From contig NW_019028999.1 of the NCBI RefSeq assembly GCF_002105155.1, positions 248,001 to 312,000 of the forward strand: a stretch of DNA of 64,000 nucleotides. The letters are read 5' to 3'. A program made the translations under genes and the position numbers. Of this stretch, positions 38,390 to 52,860 are shown piece after piece (positions within the stretch are counted from its first letter, which is position 1; each line of letters opens with the position of its first letter). The DNA comes from Lobosporangium transversale (Eukaryota). The notes under the pieces were generated by a model. That model had not been told where the DNA came from. It saw nothing but the letters and a program-made list of their open reading frames with translations, and did not search any database.

Positions 38390-38802
38390 TCAAAGACGCG
38401 CAGCCCTATCACTCTCCTTGACACGACCATTGAAAGCATCAATGTGATCTAATAGTTTCTGTGTCTCCTTGACAGCCTCCCGTCTTTTTACTCGGGCAAT
38501 CTCAAAATCAAATGGGCAAGTGACTCCATCAATAGCCAACAAAGATTGAAGAAGGTTTTCAGACATCATTCCATGGAGATCATGAAGCCTTTTACGGGCG
38601 GGCGGCATTCCAGCAGACATAACGAAAGGTTCTGGCTTAGATGATAGATAAGATTCAACTTCAGCTTCATACTTTGGGCAATGCTCTGACATAAATTTCT
38701 TGGATTTTTCTTGTAATTCTGATATCCTTAAGATCAATGCATATTCTTCAGGATCGCCATTCGTTGTTAGCTCTTTAATTTGCTCCACCTATACGTGTTT
38801 GC

Positions 38803-38836
<34 letters not shown>

Positions 38837-39282
38837 AAAATGAAACTTCATTATACATGCACTTAAGCTTCATACGGGATAGTTCTCGATCATCAAACGC
38901 CTCTTTGCAACTATTTATCAATAGCCGCAATGAAACCTACTGTAGGCTTGACTCCATTGACAGCAACTTTTGATCCAGGTTTGATACCAAAGCATGATAG
39001 TGGTGCATTATCATCTTTCATAGTTGCGCCGCCAAAGACCAAACTCAATCCACTGAGAGGCACGCCTGTCAAATCTCTGCAAATCTCTCGAAGCTCCTTT
39101 AATTTGATCTGGCCTAAAACTCTGCCTTCAAAGTCGACTACATACTTCCTATGATTCCATCGGATATGAAGAAGTGTATCAGGATCGTATCGTTCATATC
39201 GCGCCTGAAACAAGTGCTTGGGTAGCGCAGGCGTTAACCGCCAGAGGAATGAGAGAAAGGATGAAATGATGGACGAAATGAT
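38390..39282 (-). CDS. BAG-family Hsp70 co-chaperone (ubiquitin-like domain plus BAG domain); intron 38789-38940; 5' end unresolved
   Basis: UBL: LKELREIC..TGVP..LVFGGATMKDDNAPLSCFGIKPGSK; BAG: SENLLQSLLAIDGV..RVKRREAVKETQKLLDHID. Confidence 0.88.
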
Positions 39283-40614
39283 TCAGGGTAGTTTGACCCT
39301 GAGAAAAAAACAAAAAAAAAAAAGAAAAAAAAAAAAAAAAAGTCTATGTGTATATTGCTATCGACCTGGGTGCGAAAGAGCAACTAGAGAATACGAAATG
39401 GTATAACGATTAGTTGTTGAATCATCATTCTTGCTCGTCCAAAAGGTTCATATAAAACTAATGACCTCTTGACTTTCTTTTTGTGGCGTTGGCCCCTGTC
39501 TTTTTCCCTCTTTTTCTTTTCTATTTTTATATATGAGGAATGCCCTCCCCCACGTATTCAGAATGTACCTCGCTGAAGAGATGAGAAGGATGAGTGAAAA
39601 ATAAAAAAAAGTCATCTCAAAGACAGGTTCCTGAAAGTGGGGGACAACGTACATTTTGAACAAACAACGTACGTATGAATTTTGAATGAGAAATTAATTT
39701 TTGTGGCACGATCCATTCTCGAATCTGGGGAAAGACTGCCTATCATTCCTACTTAACTTTCTCTGGAGTTCACATTGATCATCTTGAATACTTGATGCTT
39801 GCCACCTAGTACTTTCTTAATAAAACGCCATCAAGCTAGGATAATCCAGTTTTTTAAATCTACTAGAGAAGTGTCTAGTTGAAAGGTCATTAAGGTGTTT
39901 AATACTTGCTACTCCTCCATACCCCATGCTCCATTGCAACCTCACTGCGGTGATCGTGATGAGCTGCTCTTCACGCTTTGCGCTTTGTCGGTTCGGCAAG
40001 CCCAACACAATATGTCCATCATATCGTGTATCGGTCAGCCATGCCAACTAGTTAAACTAGTGATTGGTATCTTGCTCTGTGAATCAGTGACATGCATGCA
40101 CCATATTTTATTGTGTTATCAGAGCTTGATTAAGACAATAGGTTGAGAACGTGTCAAGGTGAAAGCTTTGGGCCCAAGGGATTCAGATAATGGCCGACAG
40201 AGTACCCTATGAGTATCCATGGTTTAAGAATTTACGCTTGACTTTTATGGTCATACACTATTTTGACCCAAAGGAAATCAAGATATTGCTGTGATACATC
40301 TGGACATGGTTGTGCTGAATATCTTAGCTATCGTTGGTAACAATGCGGCCTCTATTCATATCTGCGGCAGCCGACTTGGGAAACGAGGTGTTGAGTTAGT
40401 CTTGGGCCCTACATTACATTACCGGATCAAATCAACAAGTTACCGGTTCAAGGAATAGGGTGAACGACAGGCTGTATAAATATTTATAGTTATCAATATC
40501 GATAAATGTCCAGATGCTCTTAAAGAAATGGTTTGTCTTCAAAGGAGCTATTTCACCATAGAAAGTTCATGAGCCATAGCATGACCCTGCTTGATGTTAT
40601 ACAAAAATGATCGA

Positions 40615-40645
<31 letters not shown>

Positions 40646-40937
40646 TCAATCCGAACCTCTGTTCTCTTTTCTTTTTAGCATTCTTTTCCTTCATCCTTTA
40701 GTTAACTTGCTCCTCAGCACAATCCTCCAAGTAATCCTTTCCTCAATCATAGCAACAAACTTTTCGTCCCTCATCCAACAGATCGGCATTCCGTAGACGT
40801 GACAGACCTTACGCTTCAATTTCTTTACGTTTTTTATTTTGTCCCTTGCCTTCCACCCCACTCACTTTCCAGATTTAACTTTCCAGAAAAAAAAAAAGGT
40901 CGTTTTCCCAAATCACTTGGTCATTTTAATCTGCAAC

Positions 40938-43910
40938 ATGGGATTTTTCAACAAAACACTTTTGCCTGCACGATATGACAACGAGGATGTACAGATCAGT
41001 GCAGAACTGTGCTCGAAGATTGCAGTCAATGTTATTGGCCTTGCAAAGGTACATCAGCAAGACCATATCCATTACATTTAAGGCGAGGGGAGAAAAACAT
41101 AATCATTTACGTCGTGTTGAGTGCTTGCATCTGGCAGCGAGCAAGTTTCCCTTTTTTTTTTTTTTTTTTTTTTTTTTGGGCGTTAACTGCTTTCTTGCTG
41201 AATTTTCATAATTCACCAATAATATGTAATACATTGTCTGTGGTCATACCATACAGTGGCAAAATAGTCCACTCAAAGCATCGACTGATCCATGCATGGC
41301 TCTTTTGTTTTGGTGGAGAATGGCTGAAATACGAGAAGCAGTGAGCATTGGGGCGGCATATAATGTTCCTCCAACTGCAGCTGCAGTTGCAAAATCGGTA
41401 AAATGAATTAAGACGTATGCACCCTCTGGGTCTCTCTCGTTCATTTCCTGTTCAGTCAGAGATGGTTTTTTTTTTTTTTTTTTTTTTTTTGCTCTTGTCG
41501 CTATTGTAGGTCATCGACCAAGCTTGAATGGGCTCGCACCATGCCTAGCTTCATAAGCTTATAGATGTGTCTGGACACATGTCCAGTAGACTATATACAT
41601 CTTTCTATTACCATTCCTTATCTATTTTACATTACACTTCTGATATAACGTTTCTTTCCCTTCCATGTTGACTGAAGCCTAATCATAAATAGTAATCAAC
41701 CTTATTCTCACCCTTTGTCATGGGCAATGTAAAAGCCCTTCCTTTTATTCTTGAGCCATACCACAGTTTATATATCAATATCACAGATACTATTCATGTT
41801 TGGGTTTACAGTCTCCTTCTACTTCGAGCTCATTATGACTATAATGGCTGCCAACCATCCATCGTTTCTGTATTTGGTTGCAATCTGCTTATTTATTTTT
41901 TATATTCGTCTCTCTCCATCATGTCTTCAGAAGTCATAATAATTACGCCTCATAATATATTTATACATTATGAACACAAGATCCAATTACCTACAATCAT
42001 GTAAACCCTTTTGTTTTGGTGGTAGTGAGCGCTTTCCTGTGAAAAAAATTTTTTTTTGTGCAACGCTCTTCATCAAAGGAATGTCACTAACAGACGAGGT
42101 GCATTAGTAAACACATTTACAAATTGAGCACAAAAGGGCTAAAACAATGTTTGTTCAGATTTACAATCGGCCCTCTTTCGTGATCATCTTTTGGGATGTG
42201 AGCATCGCGATGGAACTTAATATTAAAAGACCGGAGAGTGAGCGAGGAAAAAAAAATCCCTTGATTGATCTAGAAGCCATGTGTGTGATCTGTAACACAA
42301 CTATAAAAAAAATCCTATCGCGTCATGATGGTTTCGTTTAAATTCGCACGCATATTTGTCAATGAATTTCGCTGCATTCGTCACCTGTGGTGATCTTACC
42401 CAGACCGGATTTTTTTTTTTTTTTTTTTTTTTTTGATAACAAGGATCCCTCAAGGGTCTTTCCCAGACTCGGATCACTTTATAGATTTATCCGAAATATC
42501 AGCCTGACTAACCATTGCCCATATACCATCTACAACTGAATAGGGTGAAATCACTATTCTCAGTGGAAATGAAGGCATGATTTGTATCAAGACAAGTGTC
42601 CAAGCTAAGGAGGCTATCATCAAGAATGCTGCTGCCTTGGAGCCCATTCAGGATGGCAATCAGTATACCTATACCATTCACACGCCCTTAGAAGAAACGC
42701 TGGAAAAATCTGTGGCCTTTCAAGTGTTCATCACCATCCCACGGGACCTGGATAGCCTAGAGTCGTTTACAATTGAAGGAACAAATTTGGAAATATCAAT
42801 TGGAAATATTAGCCATACATTCATCAGGCATTTAACCATCACAAATGCAAGAGGAGATATCTCAATTGATGTAATTTTTTTTTTTTTTTTTTTTTTTTTA
42901 GTCAATTGGTGTATCTATTTCGAAAGGCGGGAGAAGTGATCAACGGCTGACTCTTTCCTTCATTTTTTTTTTTTTTTTTTTTGTTTGGTTACTTATAGAG
43001 TTTCTATGGCGAGATTGCCACCATTACAAGTACAATCACAGGCGGCATCAAGGGTAAATATAGTGTAGCAAGACTCTTAGCAATCACGAAAGGTGGAAGG
43101 ATTATGTCAGATGTGCATTTACTCAACACGGATGACCAGGTTCCTTCACCCAAGGTCATCTGTTCTGCCCTTAATTATCGGATTGATCTAAACGTGGACG
43201 GTAGTGACCTCTTTGGACCATTTACAGTCGAAGCCAAGACGCAATGCTCGCCTCTGGAGGCCAAGGTCCTCTTAGCAAGTAGGACGCAGAGGCTTCTAGG
43301 TAACTTTATTAACTTTGGTGGGCCATTACGAGTCCAACTATCCAATAACTTCCAAGGAAGAGTTGAGACAAGGACGCACTATGGAAAGATTCATCTTGAA
43401 GAGCCAGAGTTTGTCAGGTTAGAGGGCGCAACGTTGACAATACCATCCGCGAGTGATCGCATTGCACCTACGCTAACGGCATGTCCGCAGGTCCATGTCG
43501 CTCAACTTCCTCATCACTCCTCCAATCCATTTTCTTCCAGGACATCATCCCAAGGTACAGCCATGTCCTGGGGTGATGATCACCATCCTCACCATTATTA
43601 TGATCGTGATACCCAACCAAAACAACTATCACAACAAATCCAATATATCGAGTTTCATCATCACCAACCTCTTTCTCCCGAGTCTCTCAACGGGTCTGAC
43701 TCCAACTCCAAGGCCGAGTCGACAACGGGGTCTATTGGTGAAGGTCGGTCAGTGGCAAGCAACTCTCGGTCTGAAAGACAAAGGAGAAAGGATGAGGAGA
43801 AGGACTGGATCATCACTCGAGAATTGATAGGCATGATTGGTGAAGGACCGGGGCTAGTCATGGCCAAGAACAGCAGTGGCGACATTTCGGTGGAGCTTTT
43901 CAGGCAATAA
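40938..43910 (+). CDS. Uncharacterised protein with DUF4097/adhesin-like beta-strand repeats; exons 40938-41048, 42544-42870, 42999-43910
   Basis: Splicing keeps the frame; LTITNARGDISID, FQGRVETRTHYGKIHL, VMAKNSSGDISVEL beta-repeat motifs. Confidence 0.65.
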
Positions 43911-44603
43911 AAAATAAAACCATCCATTATTATCATTGTTCTTTTTACGCGTACTTGTGCGTGTATCGGGTAAAAACATAAGAGAATTATAACCATTTCT
44001 GTAAAGACTCCATTTTATACCTAACGACCATATACCGCCCTCCTAGCGACCGAATTGTGCTCAAAGAAACCCATTATTCGTCAACGTCACGCCTTCAACA
44101 AAGCCTGGTACTTCGAGCACCATAGCCAGAGCGACATGAACATTACTGAGTTTAATGGATTGCTTAGTTACCACGACGACAACGCTGATGAATTGTCGCC
44201 GCTTGAGACAGGGATAGGGCATCGGTTTTTGTTATAGATGTGATGGCGTGTTTGGTGAGCATTAGGATGAAGGACGGCAAGGACCAAATGATTGAGCGCG
44301 TTGATAACACATTCCGTTTAGACGTGAATGGATGGATCAAACATTTTGCACATGGAGTATTTTGATATTAGAACATGGTCTATCTGGCTCACAGATAACG
44401 ATAACGGTCTTGTCTAGTTTCTTATCAGTTCAGTAAAAATTAAAAAAAAGATCACCCATAACATCATTTGTAGAGCTTATCGTCGATTAAAAGAGTTTTT
44501 TATTTCATTTTTTATTTACAAAAGTATTATTGATCTTATTTTAAAACAAACTCATTTTTGCAATATCGAACGAGCATACAGACGCCACCAGGCTATTAGG
44601 GAT

Positions 44604-46251
<1,648 letters not shown>

Positions 46252-47108
46252 GTTTGTAAAGACGTGTATGGAAGAGAGTGGTGGAGAATGTTGGGGTTAA
46301 TGTGGAAAGAAAAGAAGAGAAAGGAACGGGATTCGAAGCATTTAAATATTTCAATGGTCCCTGGTTGAGTGACTGTTTGGAGAACAATTTGCTCGTAACG
46401 TCATGAATTTCACTTCCGTTCTTTTCCTTCGGACCCAACTGGGAGCCTTAGACATTTATGCTTTTGTCGAATGTCTTCAACATGGATATTCTAGATAGAA
46501 TGACCTATTGTTGCATCAAAGCTTTCGGGCACCAGTACCTAAGGCCCTTTGCTCTCCATCATAATGATTCTTACTACTACTTTTAAAGATCCCATTCCAG
46601 TCTACAGTTTCGTACAAACATGGTATGGAGATGGTTTATATCTTCTCGATTATGAAAAGAAGCGTATTCTTAATCAACCAAGCATGGAAACTTCCCGTAA
46701 TACAAAGCAGCAACAAAGTGCGAATCCGAAGTAGACGAAATCACTCTTGGCCACCATTGAGTATCCTAAAGAGGCAAGCCCGCTTCAAACACAAAATTAA
46801 CTTTTTTTGAGAGGAGTGGGAATATTGCCCACGGAAAAGTTTTTTTTAGCGCTTGCCATGGTCCGACTGGGTCTTTTTTTTTACTGGTTACATACCCAAC
46901 CTAATGCATCAAAGGTTGTGTGAACGCCCCATGGTTGTGGGCAAACAATTAGTCTTTAAGGTACGCCGACTCTGCCCTGTGATTTTCTCTCACGGCCTGA
47001 TTGAATTACAAAGTTCATTTTCAACAATTAAGGGTGATACGTTCCTGTGACTCCATTCAAAGAAAAAAAAAAATCAACTGCCTGAATGTCACCTCTTCCA
47101 TTTCACTC

Positions 47109-50106
47109 ATGGCATCTCATGCGCCTCATGTCCAGGTGCCTGCAGTGCTCAAGCGACGCAAATGCTTTATCCACATTGATCTTGGTAACATTCGATTACT
47201 CGCTTTATCATGTTATTTTTAAAAGATTAGCCAAGTATGTGGTTCACTAATTTTTTGGAATTTGCCACCAATTTTCATGTGTTTTATTATTAAAGATTGT
47301 TTTTTCGCGCAAGTAGGCAAGTATTGAAGGGCTTATATCAATTGAGCATGCATGCGCAAGTATATTTAGCTTTTCATATTGACTGGGCACATATAATCCA
47401 ATTTCTGAGACTCATTATCTCTCCTTTCAACTTAACAGAGCAAATCCGATTAGGATTGACTGCAGATGTTCCATTGGTGTCGCAACAATGGAATGCCATT
47501 ATTGCTGTCAACTATGCTGCTCGGAAATTTGGGATTACCCGCTTAAAGCACAATGTTTTTGATGCAAAGCAGCTATGTCCAGGTACATATGTTATTCAGT
47601 TAGGTTTTTCTGGCAATTGCGCATGTTAGCATGAGTTACTCAACCGCACACTTTTCGTTAGACCTCGTATGTGCACATGTGGCAACATTAGGGCCTGGCG
47701 ATTCTCAGCCAGATTACTACCCTTCTCCTTCACGTTATACACACAAAGTCTCTTTGGATCCATATCGAAAGGCCTCTGCAAAGATATTTTCGGTTTTTCG
47801 AAGATTTAATGTCAGGTTCCAAAAAGGAGGACTCGACGAAGTTTTTATGGATGTAACTGATCTTGTCAACCAAAGAATCATGGATGAGTATAGGAGCGAC
47901 CTTTCGAAGTGGGATCGCGACTCTGCAAAGATGATTGACTGGAGGGACCATCCTGAAGCGGGTGTTATTTTTGGAATGGACCGAGAAGGCGATAATGATC
48001 AAGAGTTCGATGCAATTACGACGTTTCTATACGATAACGATGAGGATGAAGATCAAAAAACGGAGCTGGATGATGTTCAGGCTGAGGAGAGTGATGAAGG
48101 TTTGGATAGTGAGGACGAGAATGCCCAGCTGTTCAAGCTCGAAGACAAAAATGAGTATAACACAGAAAGTAAACAACTACAACACGCGAATGTAGATGAT
48201 GATTTTGATCTCGATTTTGAAGAGGTATTGGACTCAGATATCGATATCTCCTTTTCGCAGCATTCACAGCAAGTAGTGGATCTTGAGAACAAATCTCATG
48301 AATTGTTTCTTCGAGCTGAGAATATTAGTGATGGACAACAAAAATTTAACATCAGTGATAAGAACGAGCAATTGTCTGCCAATGAAGGTATTGCCGATGA
48401 AGTCAATTCAGAAGAACAAGTCATAGCAGAAAAAAGAGCGGAAGAGGAAAAGCTTCGCTTGGAATTTGAACAGTTGCGGTTGTATTATGGTATTCCGGAA
48501 GGAACATTTGAGGAGGAATTCTGGGCTGAGATGCAGTTACTTAAAGCAGCAGAATTTTGTAGGGAGGTCAGGATGACAGTTAAAGAAGAGCTTGGGTATA
48601 CATGTTCTGCTGGTATTGGTAACAATCGACTTTTAGCAAAAGTTGGATCGGGTATGAACAAACCATTTAATCAGGTAGGCTTTATTTTTCATTATTGGCA
48701 TACTCCTCCTTTATATATATATGAAGAACCAATTCTAAAGTGCTTATTTCTTTCATCTGCTTTGCTAGACTGTTGTTCTTCCCAAGTACATCCCAAAATT
48801 ACTCCATCGACTTAAGCTCAACAAGATTCGTAATCTGGGAGGAAAGTTTGGAAAGCTAGTCAGGGAGGACTACAATATCGAGAGAGCATCGCAGCTTTGG
48901 CCAGTGCCTCTTCGACAGTTACAGCAGCGATATGGAGAACAAGCCGGACTAGAATTATGGCAGTGGTGTCGCGGGATTGATCACGGTGGGATTCGAAAGA
49001 CCAAGTCAAAATCAATGTGTTCTCACAAGTCGTTTATTCCTGCTCTCAGCGACTTGGAGGAGATCCAGTTTTGGATCACCTCAATGAGCATGGAGTTGGT
49101 CTCTCGTATGCAGGCAGAGTATGATGAAACAGAGCGTTGGCCACGGACAGTTTCCTTGGGCTTTTATGGAGGTACTCGCACCCGTCAGACCCAGATGGAC
49201 AGTGAGTACAAATCGACTTCTCGAGCTCTACACAAAGGCACAAGATCCATGCCGTTGGGTGGCCGTTTTGATTATGGAGGCGTTGAAGGGATCGCGCGAA
49301 AAATGTATACAACACTTGAAAGGTTAATTAAAGAGGCGGAGACAGGGAAAGGACGACATATTCTGCCTTTGGTACTTTTGACGATAACTGTTTCCAATTT
49401 CACTGATGGAGGCGAGAGTGCGATGGGAGATATTACAAAGTTCTTTTCTAAAGCACCCTCTCAAATCCAGCGAATACCGCAGCAAATGTCTTCATCATCT
49501 TATGTCAAGAACGAGGATATGGAAGCTACTTGCGAATTGGTTGAAGAGGAAAATGAGTCTATATCAACCGAACGTGATTATGGACACTCCCCTACAAAGC
49601 CGCCTGAACCAACAGAAGCTAGGCGACGATTTTTCCAGCTGAAAACTGCTATTACTACACCATCTGACGATGTCATCAGAACAAGAAGTTCCTCCCCAGA
49701 ACAGTCTATATCGTGCCCACCGTCTCCTACGCCCGAGAGACCATCTTCATTATCTGCTTATCAAGGTCAAGGCAAAACAGAGACGATAGCAATCATCCCA
49801 GCAGCAACATCCATGTGTTACCAGTGTCCAAGCCCTGGACAATTGATTCCAATTGAAGAATGGGAACAGCATAATGATTATCACTTTGCATTAAGCCTTT
49901 TGGAGGATGACAAGAAACAGCATCAAGTGGAACGGCAACAACAACAGGCCAGCAGGATTCATGATGATCATCAAGAGAGCAATAAGAGCGGTAAACGCAA
50001 TGTGGGTGCTTCACCATCCGCCTCTTCTGCGCGAGGCAAGCGCAAGAGAACAGCTGTCCCCTCCGTTACAACCCTTACAAAATTCTTCAAGCCCTTATCA
50101 AGCTAA
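47109..50106 (+). CDS. RAD30: Y-family DNA polymerase eta; exons 47109-47184, 47296-47316, 47439-47582, 47662-48674, 48769-50106
   Basis: HIDL|DCFFAQV|E, QQWNAIIAVNYAAR, KVSLDPYRKAS, GLDEVFMD, CSAGIGNNRLLAK, KPFNQT; C-terminal UBZ (CYQC..HNDYH) and PIP box TLTKFF. Confidence 0.93.
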
Positions 50107-50178
50107 TGGAAAACTTGCAAGATATCACTGTATTATATAATTTTTACTTTCTTTAATGCTTATTCCCATTGATTTATT

Positions 50179-50628
50179 TTACAGGATGACACACTCGCCC
50201 TTTTTTTCTTCAGGCACCTGATCGGTTGACTTTTCAATCTCGGCAATCATTAATTCAAATGCACGTCCTAGAGCAGATTTTGAACAAGTGGTAGTTTAAT
50301 ATGACTGAATACATTTGGTTTCTCAATGACAACGATAATAAAAAGAAGGCTTACCAATGTTCATATTGGTTTTTGCAGAGGTCTCGCATGAGAGACACTT
50401 CCATCGAGCGGCCAGTTCTTCGCCATCCTCGCGCGTCACCTGTCGCTGACCTTGTAGATCGGTTTTATTTCCAACAATCACGATAGGAACCCAATCGGTG
50501 CCTGTGAAATTGAGGATCTTATCTCGGATGACTCCGATCATATCAAAGCTGAGCTTGCTTGTCACTGAGTACACCAGCACATATCCATGCACGTCCAATG
50601 CATGCTTCCCATTAAAGATTGAAAACTC

Positions 50629-50671
<43 letters not shown>

Positions 50672-51441
50672 GTATGATGTCGGAGCATGAAAATAATTAC
50701 AGTAGATTTTTTTAAATGAATAAAATATAATAACATAAAAAAGATCGGGGCGCAATTTGTGTCAAAATTATAAATTTTATAAAGAGGGCGATGCTTTACC
50801 TGGCCAGCGGTGTCAATAATCTCCACTTCGTACTGTTGTCCGTGATAAGTCAATGGTTTCGTAAAGGTACGTTCAATGGTAGGAAAGTAAGAATCAACAA
50901 AGACGTTCTCAACGAATTGAATCACCATCGAAGATTTCCCTGTAAAAAAAAAAAAAAAAAATTGGTGAGATTAGCAAGTTGGGTCCGTATATTTGTCATT
51001 TCTAATGTTTATACTCTGATTTGCGTTTTCTTTCGTTCTTTTATTCAGGGTCTGTCTGTGTGAACTTTTTGTGTGTGTGTGCAAAAGTTACGCAGGACAA
51101 AGTCCGAGCAGAGCAAGTGGGGATCATGGTTCCCTTTTTCTTTCCATTTATGGGTGCGGGATGCGTACAAATCATGAGCAAAGAAGAATCATTTTCAGTA
51201 GTCAAGATCTCCTCATACGAATCTATTATTCGTATTTCAATTTTTTTTTTTTTTTTTTTTTTTTTGGTGATAACTAGGAAAGATGGAGATGACTTCTTTG
51301 ATTCACTTTTATGTCTTCTTTTATTATCCAGAAATGGAATTAAAGGATAGATTTGGCTTTACCAACAGCACGAGCACCTAGCAAGGCAATGCGTCTTAGT
51401 TTGGGAGCCTTAGCAGCCGTGTTTGTGATGGTTGTGCTCAT
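50179..51441 (-). CDS. RHEB: Rheb small GTPase, multi-exon
   Basis: GARAVGKSS (Arg at the Ras-G12 position), FVDSYFPTIE, DTAGQDE, GNKTD, ETSAK, CAAX CVIL*. Confidence 0.92.
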
Positions 51442-52039
51442 GATTTTATATATCTCTCGCTTTTTTTTTATTTTTTTTTTTATTTTTTGTTTATTATTTC
51501 TTTTTCTGACAACAATTACTTATAGTGAAGTAAAAGTGTCTGAGGAATACATAAGTAAGAAGTTTTAAAAAGAAAAAGAAAAAGAAGGCCAGAATGACAG
51601 GCGGGGATTGTTGGTGAATGATTGATTGATGCAAAGCGAATGTTGAGTAAAAATAGGAAGGATTTGGATGAAGAAAGGACGTCACAAAAAAAGAAAAAAA
51701 AAAAAAAATGCCGCGGGGAACGAGTCTATTAGATGAAGCAATACGCGATTTGCTTCTTCCTTTCCGCCTTTCCGCCATCCTCTTTCCAAAGCCTCATGTT
51801 AAATATCGTTTAGGAAGATAGACTATAATTCATTAGTCTTTTTATGTCAAAGGAATATCGAAGATGTGCGGTAACGTCTCCAATTATACATTTTTACGAA
51901 AATTCTGTAGTGCAGCTATTTAACAAAGGCATCAACTCATTGAGATGAAGCCTATAACTTTGACCTTTCATGTATAAATCTTTATTTGATAGGTGACGAA
52001 AAGTACTTTGCTTATAGTCGGATGCTATACTCTTTCCAA

Positions 52040-52668
52040 CTAGTTTCCAATCCGATCCAATGCTTCCATGACTACCACGCTGTTTCCACGAAGAACCTAT
52101 TCCGCATAGAAAAGGGAAAAAAAAGAAGAAAAGTCATGGCGTTCTCAGTTATTGTGCTTTGTGACCTATTGATAAAAGAGTAGTAGGGTCGGTAAAGAAA
52201 ATTACAGCTGCTTACCACCATACCAATCGAGGTTTTTTCTGAAGGATTTGTTTCCTCAACTGCCTCGTCTAAAACTAGGTTCATGAAAGGGTCGTACCCA
52301 CGCAGAACGCCCGTGACTTTCCTGGCGCCATTTAGCTGAACAAAGACGCGCTTGTCCATATATCTATTTTCGTCCACAAAGAGGATTTCCAAGCGAGAGT
52401 ATGATATTATTAAGCTATCCATTATCCATACGGTGATAGTTGAGTATAATCTACCCGCTTGGTGTTCATTTGAAGATCGTTCAATGAACGGCTGAAGAGC
52501 CAGTTGAGTTCTGTCTCATGCAGTTCAGTCATTGTAACGCTAATCATCCACTGCCGCCTATTAAATATGATACATGACGATACCGAGCATGAATCTTCCT
52601 CAATCGCCATTTTTTCTCTTTCATTGGACATACTTTTTGAGTTCTGGCGTTGCTGCTTTTGATGACAT
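52040..52668 (-). CDS. SNRPG: Small nuclear ribonucleoprotein G (SmG); exons 52668-52634, 52363-52216, 52096-52040
   Basis: [55 protein letters not shown]. Confidence 0.95.
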
Positions 52669-52860
52669 GACCAATTATGCTGGCTTTAAGTGTAGGAATA
52701 AAAGTGAATCTTAAAAATCGATTTTTTTTTTTTTTTTTTTTCTCTGCATCTTGAAGCTGTGGCGTAGATCAGCTACAGTTCTGTGGACTGCTTATTAAAG
52801 AGCGTATTTTTTTTTTTTTTTTATCATGCATTAGTTACAGTTTTTCTCTTACAGGCCACC

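Noticed and set aside
52364..52633. Intronic box C/D snoRNA in SmG intron 1 (also looked for in the GAPDH introns)
   Set aside because: Only a degenerate C box with a CTGA ~15 nt away; too short and no clear guide
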